Below, piece by piece: positions 12,651 to 25,100 of a stretch of 64,000 bases of DNA. The stretch comes from Phoronis australis (lineage: Eukaryota > Animalia > Phoronida). The notes under the pieces are model-generated. The model ran no database searches. It saw only the letters and a program-made list of their open reading frames with translations, and had not been told where the DNA came from. The translations under genes and the position numbers were made by a program. The DNA lies in NCBI GenBank assembly GCA_002633005.1, contig NMRA01000001.1, positions 2,897,695-2,961,694 of the forward strand. The letters run 5' to 3'. The stretch's first letter is position 1. Each line of letters starts with the position of its first letter.

Positions 12651-15600
12651 NAGCGACAGAAATTCTAAGGGCGATTGGAATGTCGGAGGATTCCGCAGTG
12701 GAAGAACTGGACTTAACTGTAAGTTACAAAACAGCACACACATTTGAGCTCGCAGCGTCTCACCTCTGTTGCGTTACAAAAATAAATCATTAAGGCTAAC
12801 GCTGACGAAGAGCTACGCACCTCGAATGCAAATCAGCTCAGCTCACAACTCAAGCTTGCTGCAAAATGAACCACGAGGATTTTGCTTCGCAAGGCGGTGA
12901 GCCGAATGTCTCACTGGTAAATGTTTAACCCATTACTAATATAAGAAAATGAATTATTACAACACCTGACAACAACAAATCTCCCCCTCCCTCTCCACCC
13001 CCTCTCCTCTCTCTCTCTCTCTATGTTCTACATTTACGCTGTTGCCCCCGAACACAGTTTACATGACATTGAGCATTTTGCCTTGCTCTATGCGGCTAAC
13101 AATGACGTGAGGTAAATATCACGTGACTGGGGCACACAGTTCAGCTGGCGTCAGTAGCTATCCTACTCTGCCCCTAAGCTAGGCATAAAGGAGTGTAAAC
13201 TGAGTATTTTGACTGATCATCGTCAATGTTATACCTTGAATGTGAGAAATCGACGGGCACGTATGTAAACCTGATGGCGAATAGATAACGTAATCCTGGG
13301 GTACATACATACTTGGGCGTATACGGAATGTGCCACTCAGATGGAATTCACGGTGACATTCCTTACGAATAAGATAAATATGTGTAATCCTTTTGTAGAT
13401 AATAAAAATGTGTTATATTGGAACAAAAGCTCATGAGAAAGGGGATTTTTTCGTTGGAGATTTTGATGGAAATGGGTTCATTTTCGTCTGCTAATTCTCT
13501 AAACGAGTGTGTTTCATCCGGCGGACTCTTTAAAAGGGCGTGTATCCTTATTGCCAAGAGACACAGCACTGTCAAAAGGTAATAGACCGTCTCCAGAATC
13601 TAGTGATGTGTTCTTGCCGTCTTTATAAACGCCGTGAAAGCTGTCTGAGTGATAAACAAATGAAGTATACCAATTCAGTTTATCAGCCGCAACAGAACAA
13701 CCATAAAACTACACTAAGTTCCCGCTGGAAGTGTCAGTCGAGTGAAAATAGTGCAGGACCCGTGTAGGCCTAATATGTGTTATCCTCAAAGTCGCATGCA
13801 TTTAACTAAAAAGTAGTCAAAATCGCCTGACTGATCGTTTCATTTACGTTTCAGAATATTTCTGTTGGTGGCGAATTCGAAGACATTCTAGGGGAAATTA
13901 GGCAAACTCGTGACCTAACAGTTCGTCATGGAAACACTCTGAGGCACGAGTCGCATATAATAAATGTTGAAGTGAAGAAACTGGAAGAGACGGATGATCC
14001 GTGCTTCTTCTTGTTTAAATACATGAAACAAGAAAATATGAGAATAACTGATCTCTTCAACTTCTTGGATCGCAAGAAAAAAGGGTTTCTTCTGAGAGAA
14101 GACTTTGCCATTGGTTTCAAGGTTTGTTATCATTGCTCGTATAATAGAATACATTTGCTTAAAACCGGTAATAGTAGGATTTTTCATAACACTAAAGTAT
14201 AACAGAACCACAGAGTCATGAATATTTACCGAGACGATTGTACTTTAAATATTTAATGTTTTGATTGTTCAACAATTCCTTCCCCCTCCGGTCCTTGCCA
14301 CTGTTGTTCAGGCAATAACAGACGCAGGCTTATGTTATTGCTTGCTTAGAATAATTACAAATGCAACTTTGTAGAGAAACTCTACCACTAGGTGAAATCT
14401 GTATTTCTTTTCAGAATATGAACATTCCTATTAGCAGCAAGTCCATTGCGATCTTAATGAAACAGTTAGACGAAGACGGGGATGGTGAAATCGAGCTGCA
14501 GTAAGTGGCGTGTCTGACGCAATAGAAGCTGCTTACACCGAAAACTAAATAAATGTCGATGTTGTCAGTGACAACTTCGTCTATTCAAGCTCAAATCAAT
14601 TCCATGAAACACATCAATGATAAAAAAGCATGATGTTAATCTGTTTACAGAAATTTATTATTTATTCAAAAGAATCATGAAAATCCCACAACTGGGTCAA
14701 ATAATGTTTTCCTTTAATTTGGCAAATTTCATTGTTTCATATCATTTTGTATTGGCTATTAGAGCAAAACAAACTTGTTCTTAAAATAGGTGAATGGATG
14801 TTATATGTGGCAAACATGGAAGACTACATGAAATTTTTGTAATGTGAAATCGCATCTTTAAAATCAAATCTGTGTATATATTTCTCCTGGTGGAGTTTAA
14901 TGTTTTCCTTCTGAACGAAGTGTTCAACAAAAAAGAACCAAAAGACACTAGACATTTTCTCAGAAGGGTTACTTTAGAGGATTCTCACCAGCAAACCTAT
15001 TTCTAGGTTTCCAGAGTTCCCTTATAACGGTTATACAGCCGCCTTATGCCACAAAAACAACTTTTTATTTTGTCTCCATGCCGTTATAAAAGTGATCGAA
15101 AAGTGTGGCTTAGATGTGATTACAGACTTTCAAAGAACTGACAGTTCGTCATTGCTCGAGACAAGAGTCTTCAAGTCGGTGTGTTACTTGTGCATCGAGC
15201 ACGGTCTCAAAGATTGATAACGGTTTTATGGGGGCTTAATGTTCCCAATCAAAACTTGGCTTCTTGACCGGAACAACGGTTTTTCGCCCGAGCACGGTCT
15301 CAAAGATTAGTAACGGTTTTATGGGGCTTAATGTTCTCAATCAAAAGTTGGCTTCTTGATCGGAACAAGGGTTTTTCGCAGCTTTAAAAATTAAAATTGC
15401 AAAAGCTGACTTTTAAAATAACTGTCATTTTGCCCGAATAAGATCTCTTGCACCGATCCTGGTTTTCCTTCTGTTTAAAATATCCCTGTTGAGTTTCATT
15501 CAAAGTTAGTTCTGTTGCCTGCTGATGTACCATGTGACGTACCGATAAAAGCGAATGATTTTATTTAAACCATTCTCATACTGAGGTATTGCATCCTAAA

Positions 15601-16192
15601 ATGAATCCCATTGTTTGTAGGCAGGCATCGTGTAACTTGCGTTAGTCATGCACTGAGCTTAGCAAAGCTGCTTCACATATTTGAGGATTGTGGAAGTCGT
15701 AGGCAATAGGTGTTATGGCCAAAACCCGGTAGGTCTGCAGACGAGTGCGGTCGTAGCTATTGTTCTAACCATTAGTCTTATGTTTTCAACAGGGAATTTT
15801 ACAAGATCAGTAGATACTACAACAGGAAAGTGCGCCAGGTGGCACTTCAGCAACAACAACAAAAAGAACGTGAGGAAAAAGAAGCAAAAACATCCAAAAT
15901 TTTGTCAGCTTTCAGTGCTTTAAAGGATGTGCAATCAGGCGACAGAGGAACGCCTACACTGCCGTCTGTGGTTGAAACTCGGAAACTAAGCATGCGAGGT
16001 TTGATGCGAAACCTTTTGGACGCCAGACGAAGCTCGATGAACGTGAGCACGTCTGTTCGGGCACAGTTATTGCCTAGTGACGAGAAATCGGCAAGTTCAG
16101 CAAATTCACAGAAAGAGAAAAGTGACAGCGTTGCCGAGCAATCTAAGGGTGACCCGTTGTATCCACAAAGGTTTCTCCCGTCAATACATTAA
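2579..16192 (+). CDS. LRRC74A/B-like leucine-rich repeat (RI-type) protein with C-terminal EF-hand region; 5'-incomplete; exons 2579-2787, 6824-6931, 7386-7529, 8735-8816, 10337-10422, 11023-11217, 12219-12314, 13855-14121, 14415-14500, 15793-16192
   Basis: Ten exons join in frame with matching phases and AG/GT boundaries (one GC donor at 11218). Translation shows repeated LxxLxLxxNx motifs (IRELNLSHNSFG, LRRLDLSWNHFR, LTYINMAWNGLS, ITDLDLTANRVN, LRSLKIGNNPIT), an N-terminal 'YKAVCQRLSVVPVEHF' segment resembling LRRC74 proteins, 'MRITDLFNFLDRKKKGFLLREDF' and the EF-hand loop 'LDEDGDGEIELQEF'. Start exon not located. Confidence 0.85.
2866..3090. mobile_element. MITE-like element (TIR gggtagagttcagtaacgc...) carrying a nested 67-bp insertion
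   Basis: Terminal inverted repeats gggtagagttcagtaacgctaggacct / aggtcctggcgttactgaactctaccc; related copies at about 49168-49330, 61261-61414 and 61490-61638. Confidence 0.75.
3775..4046. mobile_element. Non-autonomous repeat of the catgcgcacacccag-ended family
   Basis: Shares internal sequence (ctttttgtttctctgag...tttttgcccactt.gccaaatggg) with 25053-25270, 56808-57055 and 57591-57837; right end ctgggtgtgcgcatg. Confidence 0.7.
4220..6699. other. Assembly gap (N 5117-5807) flanked by a near-identical ~0.9-kb direct duplication (4220-5116 and 5808-6699)
   Basis: Sequence after the gap restarts with the same text as 4220 onward, with scattered SNPs and small indels; typical of unmerged haplotype overlap. 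Confidence 0.85.
7682..7895. mobile_element. MITE-like element (ggttgcatgaaa...tttcatgcaacg)
   Basis: Inverted termini; similar copy at about 45600-45795 (gttacatgaaacagtccctataggga...tttcatgcaacggcc). Confidence 0.6.
8100..8580. mobile_element. Degenerate non-autonomous DNA-element copy
   Basis: Recognisable similarity to 17850-18340 (ggattca.atgaa...cagac/tacta, tttccc?acttttgca.gagga, aaatgataatttagaaaac, caatacac.ga). Confidence 0.55.
9440..10080 (+). mobile_element. Penelope-like retroelement remnant (GIY-YIG endonuclease fragment and 3' region)
   Basis: ORF 9459-9698 reads 'TLRQISVRSKYK...IVYDIHCEGERCNWYYVGETEQPARKRMYPH', matching the PLE linker and GIY-YIG pattern (VY.I.C..C...YVGET....RM..H); followed by inverted repeats around tRNA-like boxes. 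Confidence 0.7.
12248..13023. other. Duplicated segment around single N at 12651 (12248-12620 repeated at 12652-13023), including (CT)n(AT)n microsatellite
   Basis: Near-identical repeat restarting immediately after the N; contig end falls in the microsatellite. Confidence 0.85.
15196..15380. repeat. Two-copy tandem duplication, unit about 92 bp
   Basis: cgagcacggtctcaaagatt...ggtttttcgc occurs twice in tandem within an intron. Confidence 0.8.
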
Positions 16193-16414
16193 TATAATAA
16201 AATATACGTTGCTTATTGGTTTATCCACAGGTAGGCCTAAGAAATGCGAGGAGGCAATGACGGTCATTTGAGTACCTCTTGAACATTCCAGATTTATACA
16301 ATGTTATTTAATTTTCCCAATTTTATTAAAACAGAACTACATTGTAATAAAGTTTATTTTTATATTTAAATTGACAAGGTGTTTTAGTCTAAGAACGCTA
16401 CTTTATGAATAGAT

Positions 16415-18701
16415 TCAATATCGTTTTCGTCGCCGCCTCCTTTTCTTTTTACTCACCGCACTCTCCGTGCCCCACGACTTATTACTTCTTCCAAAAGGAG
16501 CTTTGAACGTGTTATTATCAGACACAGCTAGTTGTGGAGTCTCAGTAATTTCTCCTGGCACAAGTGGTGGGGGGTTGATCAATCCTGTCCCATACCAGTC
16601 AGGCGCATCCACATAAACGATGTCATACTTCTGATTCTTCCTTTTCATTCTTTTATCGTCTTTCCTTGGTCGTGACCTCACTGTCTCTCCATTGATGAGT
16701 CCCATGGACAGAGGGTCACGTGGTTTGTGTTTATCGTAATAGTAAGCATCGTCGTCTTCGTCCTCCATGTCGTCTGAGTAGAGGAGGTCATCACACGTTA
16801 TGCTACGCGAAATGTTTCTGTTTTGGTAACCGTGACCGTGTTTACTGTCTTTTCTATAAGACGAGCGACTCTTCCTTTCGCGTTTGTGTTTGTGAGAACG
16901 ATGTGTACAGTGACGTTTACACCTGTCCTTGCAAGACTTGCAAACTTTCTTGGTATGTAGCACGTGATGGTTACCGATATCACGACCCTTGTGTGATCTT
17001 TTTCTGGCAACATAATCTGCTGTCGAGGAATCAGTTCCTAAACGCCGTTTCGTGTGCTTACGGTCATGTCGATGACTGCGCATTCCGCATTTTATGTCTT
17101 TGGACGCCTTGGACGTACTTGTTTTTAGCTGCCCGAGTTCTCTCTTCGTAACCTTTAGTTTTTTATCACTACGATTCGAATAATTTGGATCTCTTCCATC
17201 GACAGATGAATTAGTTTCCACTTGCTGTATACTCTTTCGACGTCTTTCTTTCCCGTGTATTGTGTAACCCGACTCATGTTTACGTTTGCGATGCCGAGCA
17301 CGTTCGTACGGTTTTCTTGGAACATCCGGCGACGATTTTGTTAAGCGGTAAGCATTATGTCTGTTTCGTTTCTTTATAGTTTGCTTATTACGAACTGTTG
17401 GATTGCTCGATGATTCTTTTAAATAACGCTGGCATTTCCCACGGGATGACATTTTCCTGTTTCTCTGTCGTGGCGACCTGCTGCGCTTACGTGACCTGCG
17501 ACCTTTGGTTCTTGACGCATCACGTTTATTTCCTGTCTGCTGGTATAGAGATAGTGTGCAAAACTGAAACTCACGACTCAACAATCTCCCTAATACTAGC
17601 ATGTTTTTCTACTGTAGTTGATAACGGGTGATTTATCTTCGTTTCAAAATAGTGGTTGAAATCATTCCATTTTTTGTTTTTACTTTGACTGGGTGATATT
17701 TTACATTCCCAAAAATGTCCCGCTAAGCAAGCGGACCAAGAATTTGGATCGCAACCCCAGGGACTGAAGTTGCTACACGGAGATTATAGAGTCTGTAGTG
17801 TCGTCTATGACATTGTCTAAGCTAAAATCAACTCTCAAACGTTTATACATAAGGTTATGTAGGACTCTCGTAAAATGACCAAACAATGTTCGGAACATCA
17901 TACCTGAGGAATGTCTTATGGGATTCACATGAAACTTCCAGACACTATACTTTATTTAATGTTCTTCGAAACCTTTTAGGAATGAAATTGTTTTTAAAAG
18001 TTTCCACTTTTGCACGAGGACCTATCAAAAAACAATGCCTTTTATAATTTTTATATAAAAATCAACAGTTGCATAAAACGAAAATGAAATGATAATTTAG
18101 AAAACGGTAACACGTTTTTGACATTACATGTTGAACATTTCTATCGAGCGAAGTTTGTTCATGTTTTGATACCTTTGTTTTGCTATAGATATACATTCTT
18201 TTTTGCCAAGCTTTACTAAAAGACAAATTTTACAGGCTTTCTACTTTCAGGAAACACATACTTTTTTGAGTTAAAATCAATAATTTTGCAGATATTTGTC
18301 TCAATACACCGACTAGTCGATAAGGTCCTACACAACGTCAACTGGATTCTGCAACTCTATAACCAAACTCCGTAAGGGTCTGGACTGGTCTGTCAGTATG
18401 TTGCATTTCTTTCCAAAGTAAATTAACCCAAATCAACTAAAAATATTTACAAATTGTAACCTATTTCAAATAAGTGTTAAAATTTTGCTGACAACTATGA
18501 TCAAAAATCACTCGACCATTAACCTACTCTTAAACCCCTGCGATGTTTTGAATAGTTCTTGCAACGGTTAATGCGATGTCGCTCCTTGTGGTGGATTCTG
18601 CGTTCCCTGTTGCTATTATTAGTATTTTTATTGATGGCGTAACGAACGTTTGTAAAACTAAACGTCGACTCCTGCAGAAAAGACACATTCCAGGGGTCCA
18701 T
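16415..18701 (-). CDS. Uncharacterised highly basic Arg/Lys/His/Ser-rich protein; probable exons 18701-18528 and 17539-16415 (about 432 aa)
   Basis: 395-codon open frame 16415-17602 with extreme K/R/H/S bias. Upstream ORF 18519-18707 has similar composition (RERRIHHKERHRINRCKNYSKHRR), ends in a phase-0 donor AGA|GTAGGT and fits a phase-0 CAGCAG acceptor at 17540/17537. The intervening region holds a repeat. No recognisable folded domain. Confidence 0.7.
17850..18340. mobile_element. Non-autonomous DNA element within the putative intron
   Basis: Imperfect inverted ends (ggttatgtaggac / gtcctacacaac) and similarity to 8100-8580. Confidence 0.55.
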
Positions 18702-18762
18702 TGACAACCACGTGACACAGACGGGTTCTCAGTTGGAAACTGATGTTACAGCTGTTTGTCAC

Positions 18763-18770
18763 TGACGTCA
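18763..18770. promoter_or_regulatory. Perfect CRE palindrome TGACGTCA about 60 bp upstream of the putative ATG (18701)
   Basis: Sequence seen directly; function inferred from position only. Confidence 0.35.
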
Positions 18771-19194
18771 TTAGCCTATGACGAAATTCAACAAGATATC
18801 CTTTTGATTTGCACTTACTATATTTCCATGTCAAATTGTGTAAAACGTATCTGGTCGGTACGAGGATATGGCTCTGAAAAACACTAAATCCAAAATGCTC
18901 TTTCTGCGTACATTCCAGTTAAGGCGAACGTGAACTTAAACCAATAGTCAAAGTAGACTTTAAATGAAGCTCTTTCAACCGTTACAGAGAATACCATGTA
19001 GAATTTCTAAGTTTGATTTAAAATTTTGGACTTTCTGGTGGTGCACCAGCAAAATGGCCTCCACAACTGAGTGACCTTGAATTTTTCTATTATGTAGTAT
19101 TTTTTATGAAATTGGCAAGATGCTTCAGCGCTTGCAATTTAAGAAAAAAAATATGGGACAAGACGTACTTGTCCGTTGACATTTCAAATCGTTT

Positions 19195-22100
19195 TTACAG
19201 TTTAAATTCACAGACAAATGGATGCAACGTGTCGCAGTTCACATCGCCCCACGTCATTTCCGGTGGTGTCTCCATCAGCAAACAATGCTGATTAGAGGCG
19301 ACGTTATTTGGTTGTCCCGGCGTCCACCTTGTAAAACCATTGATTGCTTCGCTGTTGTAATTCGTCCACACAAACCGAGACTCCGAACTTTCGTCATTTC
19401 CACTGGTGTACCATCCTAAGTTATTAGCAGCACGCAACTCTGCGAAATGATATATTGTAATAGTAAACTACGCTTGATATATCCAATGACCTCAGTGATG
19501 TGACTAAAACGAACTATTTGACTATATTTTGAGTAAAATTGGTCCAATAAAAATTTATCACACAATATTTCTGTTGGGTCTGCACAAAGGAAATATTTAC
19601 TATGTGAAACAAGTGCAATCAATTTCAAAATAATTAAGTGTATATACACAAAACGTAGCCTACCGAGAGTAGCGTAGACGAAGTAATATCCCACGACACA
19701 TTATTCCGCGTATCGACCGAGACCGAAGGAAGTGGGATATTACTTCATCTACGCCAATCGAGGTGCGTTTTGTATTTATCTCACACGCTTCGAATTCCTA
19801 AGTTTCTTTCATTTTTTCGGCTTCAAATGGACTGTTCACGTGGCGGATCACATCCTATATGCATATACTTGCGAGATAGTTTACAAGTTTTCTCTAGTAA
19901 AAGAAACAGTTTTAAATGTAACGATTTCTTACTTGAAATGAGATAACAAAGATGAAAACAACGATAATTGTGCATTGAACTTGTAACATTTCCTGAAAAT
20001 AGTTAAATAACAACAATGTTACAGAGGAATCGGCGCCTCAGTTGCAGACGATATATGTAGCACTTGAAAACTGAGTGTCAAATAATTAACAGTTTTGTAC
20101 CAGATGTTACCTTTGGGACCTAATTGCATGTGGAGTGTTATTTAAACTGCTGCAATTGCGTTATATAAACTATATTCGGAAAGTTTGATGATCGAACAGG
20201 CTAACGACGTCGAGTCGACATTGACCTACCTTTTGAACTTTCCATATGTCAGAGGGCAGCGTTGAAGTAGTGCGGGAGGTGAATACGGAAAACAATATCA
20301 CATGGCAGTATTGCATTGGACTGATTCAATGTATATGGGATAAAAGGGCTAAAGAATTATAAGTCGTCAAACTCCATATATGTACATTAAGGTTTTGAAT
20401 TAAAGGAGCTGTAAACAGCTGCTTACCTGGATCCTTCGCTACAGTATCCAGAACGAATTGGTGTACTTCTCGACTTCTGACAGCAATCAAGTGGCCGTCC
20501 AGGCTAACGTTCTTACAATAATCGACAGCATTATACCATGAGAGAGGAGTTGAAACGAATTTGTAGCAAGATGACGGGTTATTCTTCATTTGTATGGTGC
20601 CAGCTGGGCATTTGTCATGAACTGAAAAATATCAAGTTATTAAATGTGTACGAACAACAGAGACTACGCAGTTTCCGAAGTATATATTTTGCGAATGGTT
20701 ATAAGTGTGTGCTTGATGCTGTTTTCTATTCAATTCGACAATATTCAAATAGCGTGCCACCCTGTCATATTTAGCTGGCATTAATTATTAGACAAAACCA
20801 TGTAAACATTGCTCATAGATTACAACCTCACGGTATCGGTATTTAAAAACAGTACGACTTACCAGAGCAAGGTCGATTTACAAGTCGTACGTCGTCCAAG
20901 GATGGGAACGCCATATACCTATACGTTTTACGGTTACTACTGTAATAGTAGTAGCTTTGAATTTGACCTTCGAAAACAACCTGTTGGTGCGAAGTGAAAA
21001 GTAAAGATCACTAATTTAAATGTGATGCAAATTTCGTGAGACATAGTGGTGAAACTGAATTATAATTGTATGTTGTGAAAATTTCACTCAAATCTTATAG
21101 ACTATGGCCAGTTTAGAATTTATAACCACTTGTTATAAAAATATTATGACTGCACAAAACATTATTCAGTAGACAAATCACTCACTGAAAGGCATTGTGA
21201 GTCTGGTGATTTACTTATTAAACACCATATCGGAAAGTAATGAAAAATCTATTCCATCGCTACAAACTATTCCCGTTAAAATGCTGGAACTAACAGTCGT
21301 GAGAATGTACAATTCTAAATGATGACACTGTGTTTGTCTAACATACCATTTCCGGTTTTGCGCAAAATGAATACTTAGTGCTACCTTTCAAAAGAGCCCT
21401 CGTCACATTCAGTTCACAACATATTCACTCCATAACAGCTCTCAAGACATTCATACCACATTCACTCCATGAGGGGCCTCAACACATTCACCCCATGACA
21501 GCCCTCGACACATTCACACCTCATTCATTTCATGATGGTCCTGAAGGCATTCACACCACATTCACTCCATGATGGTCCTGAAGGCATTCACACCACTTTC
21601 ACTCGATGGTGGTCCTGAAGGCATTCATGATGGTCCTGAAGGCATTCACACCTCATTCACCCCATGATAAACCGTCCTCAACACATTCCCACCACCTTCA
21701 CACCACATTCAGTCCATGGGCGTCCTCAAGACATTTACTCTAGACAACTCCCTTTCACGCTCAGGCCCAACAAGACTAAGAGCAAGAAATCAAAACACCA
21801 CCAGTGCAACGAGTCCCGGATTTATAGGGGAGGGGATAGGTCGTAATATTTTCTCACGCGTATCGCCTTGATGGAACTGTTAACTTCTAGAAATCTTGAT
21901 ACAAATGGAGCGTCCAGAGCCTAAATTTATTCAGACTTCTTATTTCAACGACCTAAATGTACAGTGACTAATGTGCGACTGTCCGTGGTTCAACAGTTTT
22001 GAGACATAGCCAGATTATCAACACCTATAGGCCATTATTGTCATTAAAATATCTTCTAGCTTCTTGGAACAGTGTGCAGTTTGATGGTTTCTGTATTTAA

Positions 22101-25100
22101 GAACCAGCTTGCTGATATGAAATATTTCAGTGAAACAAACTGAAAAATACCAGATGATGAGGATTTTCAAAACAACAACCACAACACAAAGACGAAAGTG
22201 GAATTGCCATCACGACACAGAAATTCTTTTTATGCTAAAGAATCCTTTCGTTTTAAATGAGTCTCCCTTATGAGGGCAGCAGATGATGAAATCGACCGTC
22301 ACCCATTTCTGGTTCATTAGTTATTTATCCCTAAATGTTAAAGGGCTACCTTGGATCACTCTTTTCGGAAGAATTCCTGGGCAATCGCACCTTTGCCCTC
22401 CTATAAATCCGGCACTGAGTGCAATGACTGTAACCTGCCGTCACCGACGGAACCCGGACCTCACAACTGAAACAGTGCTGTCCAAACCACTGCACTACGC
22501 TATCCTTTCATAAATGAACGATACCTGAAATATCTTTAAGACAAACCACTTTTGTACCATACTTACGGTAAAGTTAGTACTCGAGTACTCTGGAGTAATG
22601 TTGACCTTCGCCAGATTCCACACGCTTCCTTGGGCGCCGCTTTTCGTCCAAATAGGATAGCCCAGGCCATTGCCAACCTTAACAAAAATACAAACATCCA
22701 AGGTTGGTGTCAATGGAACCTTCATACCACGGCCAATGAACACTTAACAGGGAGTCGAACGCTCATAACGGGAAAGTATCCCTTGCTTAACACTCACCAT
22801 GAAACGGCGCTGACTAGGCATTGAACTGGATCTGTATCGTATGGAACGCGGACGTGTTCTTTAGAGAACGTAAGTAATGCACTAGTCATACGAGTGACAT
22901 GCACACGTTGTACGGCGAGTGCATAGCTTCGTTCTTTCACCGCCAGATGGACTCGGGCACAAGTCTCAGTGCGAGTTCATGTTGCATAATCACTAGTTTA
23001 TAACCGCGCGTGAATCCGAAAGTCGTGGCAACTCAGTTTTGGTGAATGAGTGCATACACACGTGGATTACGAGTGGATACCTTCGTTCTTTCGCCGCCAG
23101 GTGAGAACGTGAATACATTCATGTGAACGAGTGTATAACTTTGTTCTTTTCAATGCTGCCAGGTGGACGCAGGCAAAATCGCTGGTTCCCTGCGTGGCTA
23201 TAGGGGTAGAGAACACGCAGGTACTTATCATTCAGTAGCACGCGTTTTGTCACTGGTTGATGTAACCTCGGCAATCATTGGTTAGTTTTACTACAAGAAA
23301 TAAAATCATGGCGGGCTATGAACCATGTTTAGCCGTTTTGTCAAGCAAGTGGCGTGACAGCAAATATTTCGTTCCTGCAGCAACTTGAAGCTAGCCGAGT
23401 GCTTGAAGCACCATAGGGCCTACCGGTGGGATAGAATGCACCAACATCTGGCTGATTCTAACGGTGTGTTATTCATACTGTGTAAATACAAAAAAGCAAC
23501 ATAAAAAAGCCGGCGATAGTAAGAAAAAGGACACTCCCGGCCGAAAGGGCACAACCCGGGCACATTTCTGATTCACATTTCTTCATTGAACCACCGATTT
23601 GTCTGTATAACAGACCACATACTACATCCACATTTACACTTCCTCCGTCAGTCATACCACTTTGTTTAAGTAAAGCGCAATCTATTGAGGATTCGACCAG
23701 CTAATCAGAAACGCCGGTGTAACTGACTCAAAAATTCCCGAGGGATTCACGCGTGTTCTCTACCCCCTAGCGGCCACGCAGGGAACCAGCGATCGAAGGC
23801 ACCACTCGTACGAGGGGAATGTATTCGTAGAGTGCAGACCCTGAGCCTGGCTTCGAGGCTACACTTTCATACGAGTGTCCGGGACACTATGTAGTATCAA
23901 AGAGTGTAATATAGCCTAAGCCTGATTCAACAAAAGTGAGCGGCCACTGACGACTTCCGGATTCGTGCTTGCGTAACTGACGATCGCAGCGCTCCTATAG
24001 GCCTAACATGGGCGGCGCACCATAGGGGGCTATAATTCCCAGTTATTTCAGTGCTGCGCCGCCCTATATATAAACAAGATCATGAACTCGTAAGACTTTT
24101 GCCCTAGTCCACCTGGCGGCGAAGGAACAAAGTTATGCACTCGTATTCATGAGCGAGAGCATTTCACTGCATCCTGACGTGTGCATTTCACTCGTTCAGT
24201 GAGTGACGAGTGCACCGCTCTCATAGAACACGTCTGCGTTCGTATCTGCTAGCAAGCGCGATAAACTCAGTTAAGGTGGGTCACAACTGCGTGTGTGTCT
24301 CCGTGTGGGCATATTTAGGTGATCTTTTTACATGGTGATTATTTTGAAGACTAGTAACGATTCCCCTCGCCGTGGTAACGTTTCTGCCTCGGTTGCAAGT
24401 GTTCTGGGATCCGTGGTCGTTGACCAACTCTGTCCCTGGTAAATGTTCAAATAACGTCCTCTGAAGTTTTTGAGTAGTTATAGTTTTTTAACACAGGACG
24501 TGTATTAAAAGTCAGTGAGTAGGTTTACTTTAGCCTGTGGACAAATGCATACTGTGGAGCCATTGCAACAGTTTCATTGGCAAAGATATGTGCTTTTCGA
24601 ATCCTCTCCGTCTTCTCAAGTAAAAAAGCATTCAGTTCAACATGTGACTCCGTTTTTAAATTTCTTTGAGAGCAAATATCATGTTACTTTATTGAAAATC
24701 TTGATAGCATTTCCGTAGTCCGTGGTGTACCTTGGCATATACGTTGAAAACCATATGGTCTGCAGTGGCCATAAAGTAGTAGAATGTGAGACAATAACCT
24801 TGGCCATCCGGAGGTATTAATGGGGAGAGAAGTCGGGCTTTTCGCGTCCTCCTGGAGGAAGGGACAGCCAATCCACTTTCCAGGAATAAGTAATTGCCTG
24901 TAGTTAAAAGCAAATAATTTCTCTTTTACAGTCGTTCGTCGAGAACACATTCCTACTTATTGCATTGTTACACATTTTTCGAAACATTGTTACACCACTG
25001 AACACAACAAACGATGTGACGAAGTTTGAAAATCCAGCAAATATCTCCCAATCATGCGCACACACAGCCTAAAAAATGAGGGGTCTCGAATTTTTGGAAA

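Noticed and set aside
12652-12720. Apparent duplicated LRR exon (possible alternative exon)
   Set aside because: Begins right at a single N, lacks the acceptor and 5' part of the exon; assembly overlap.
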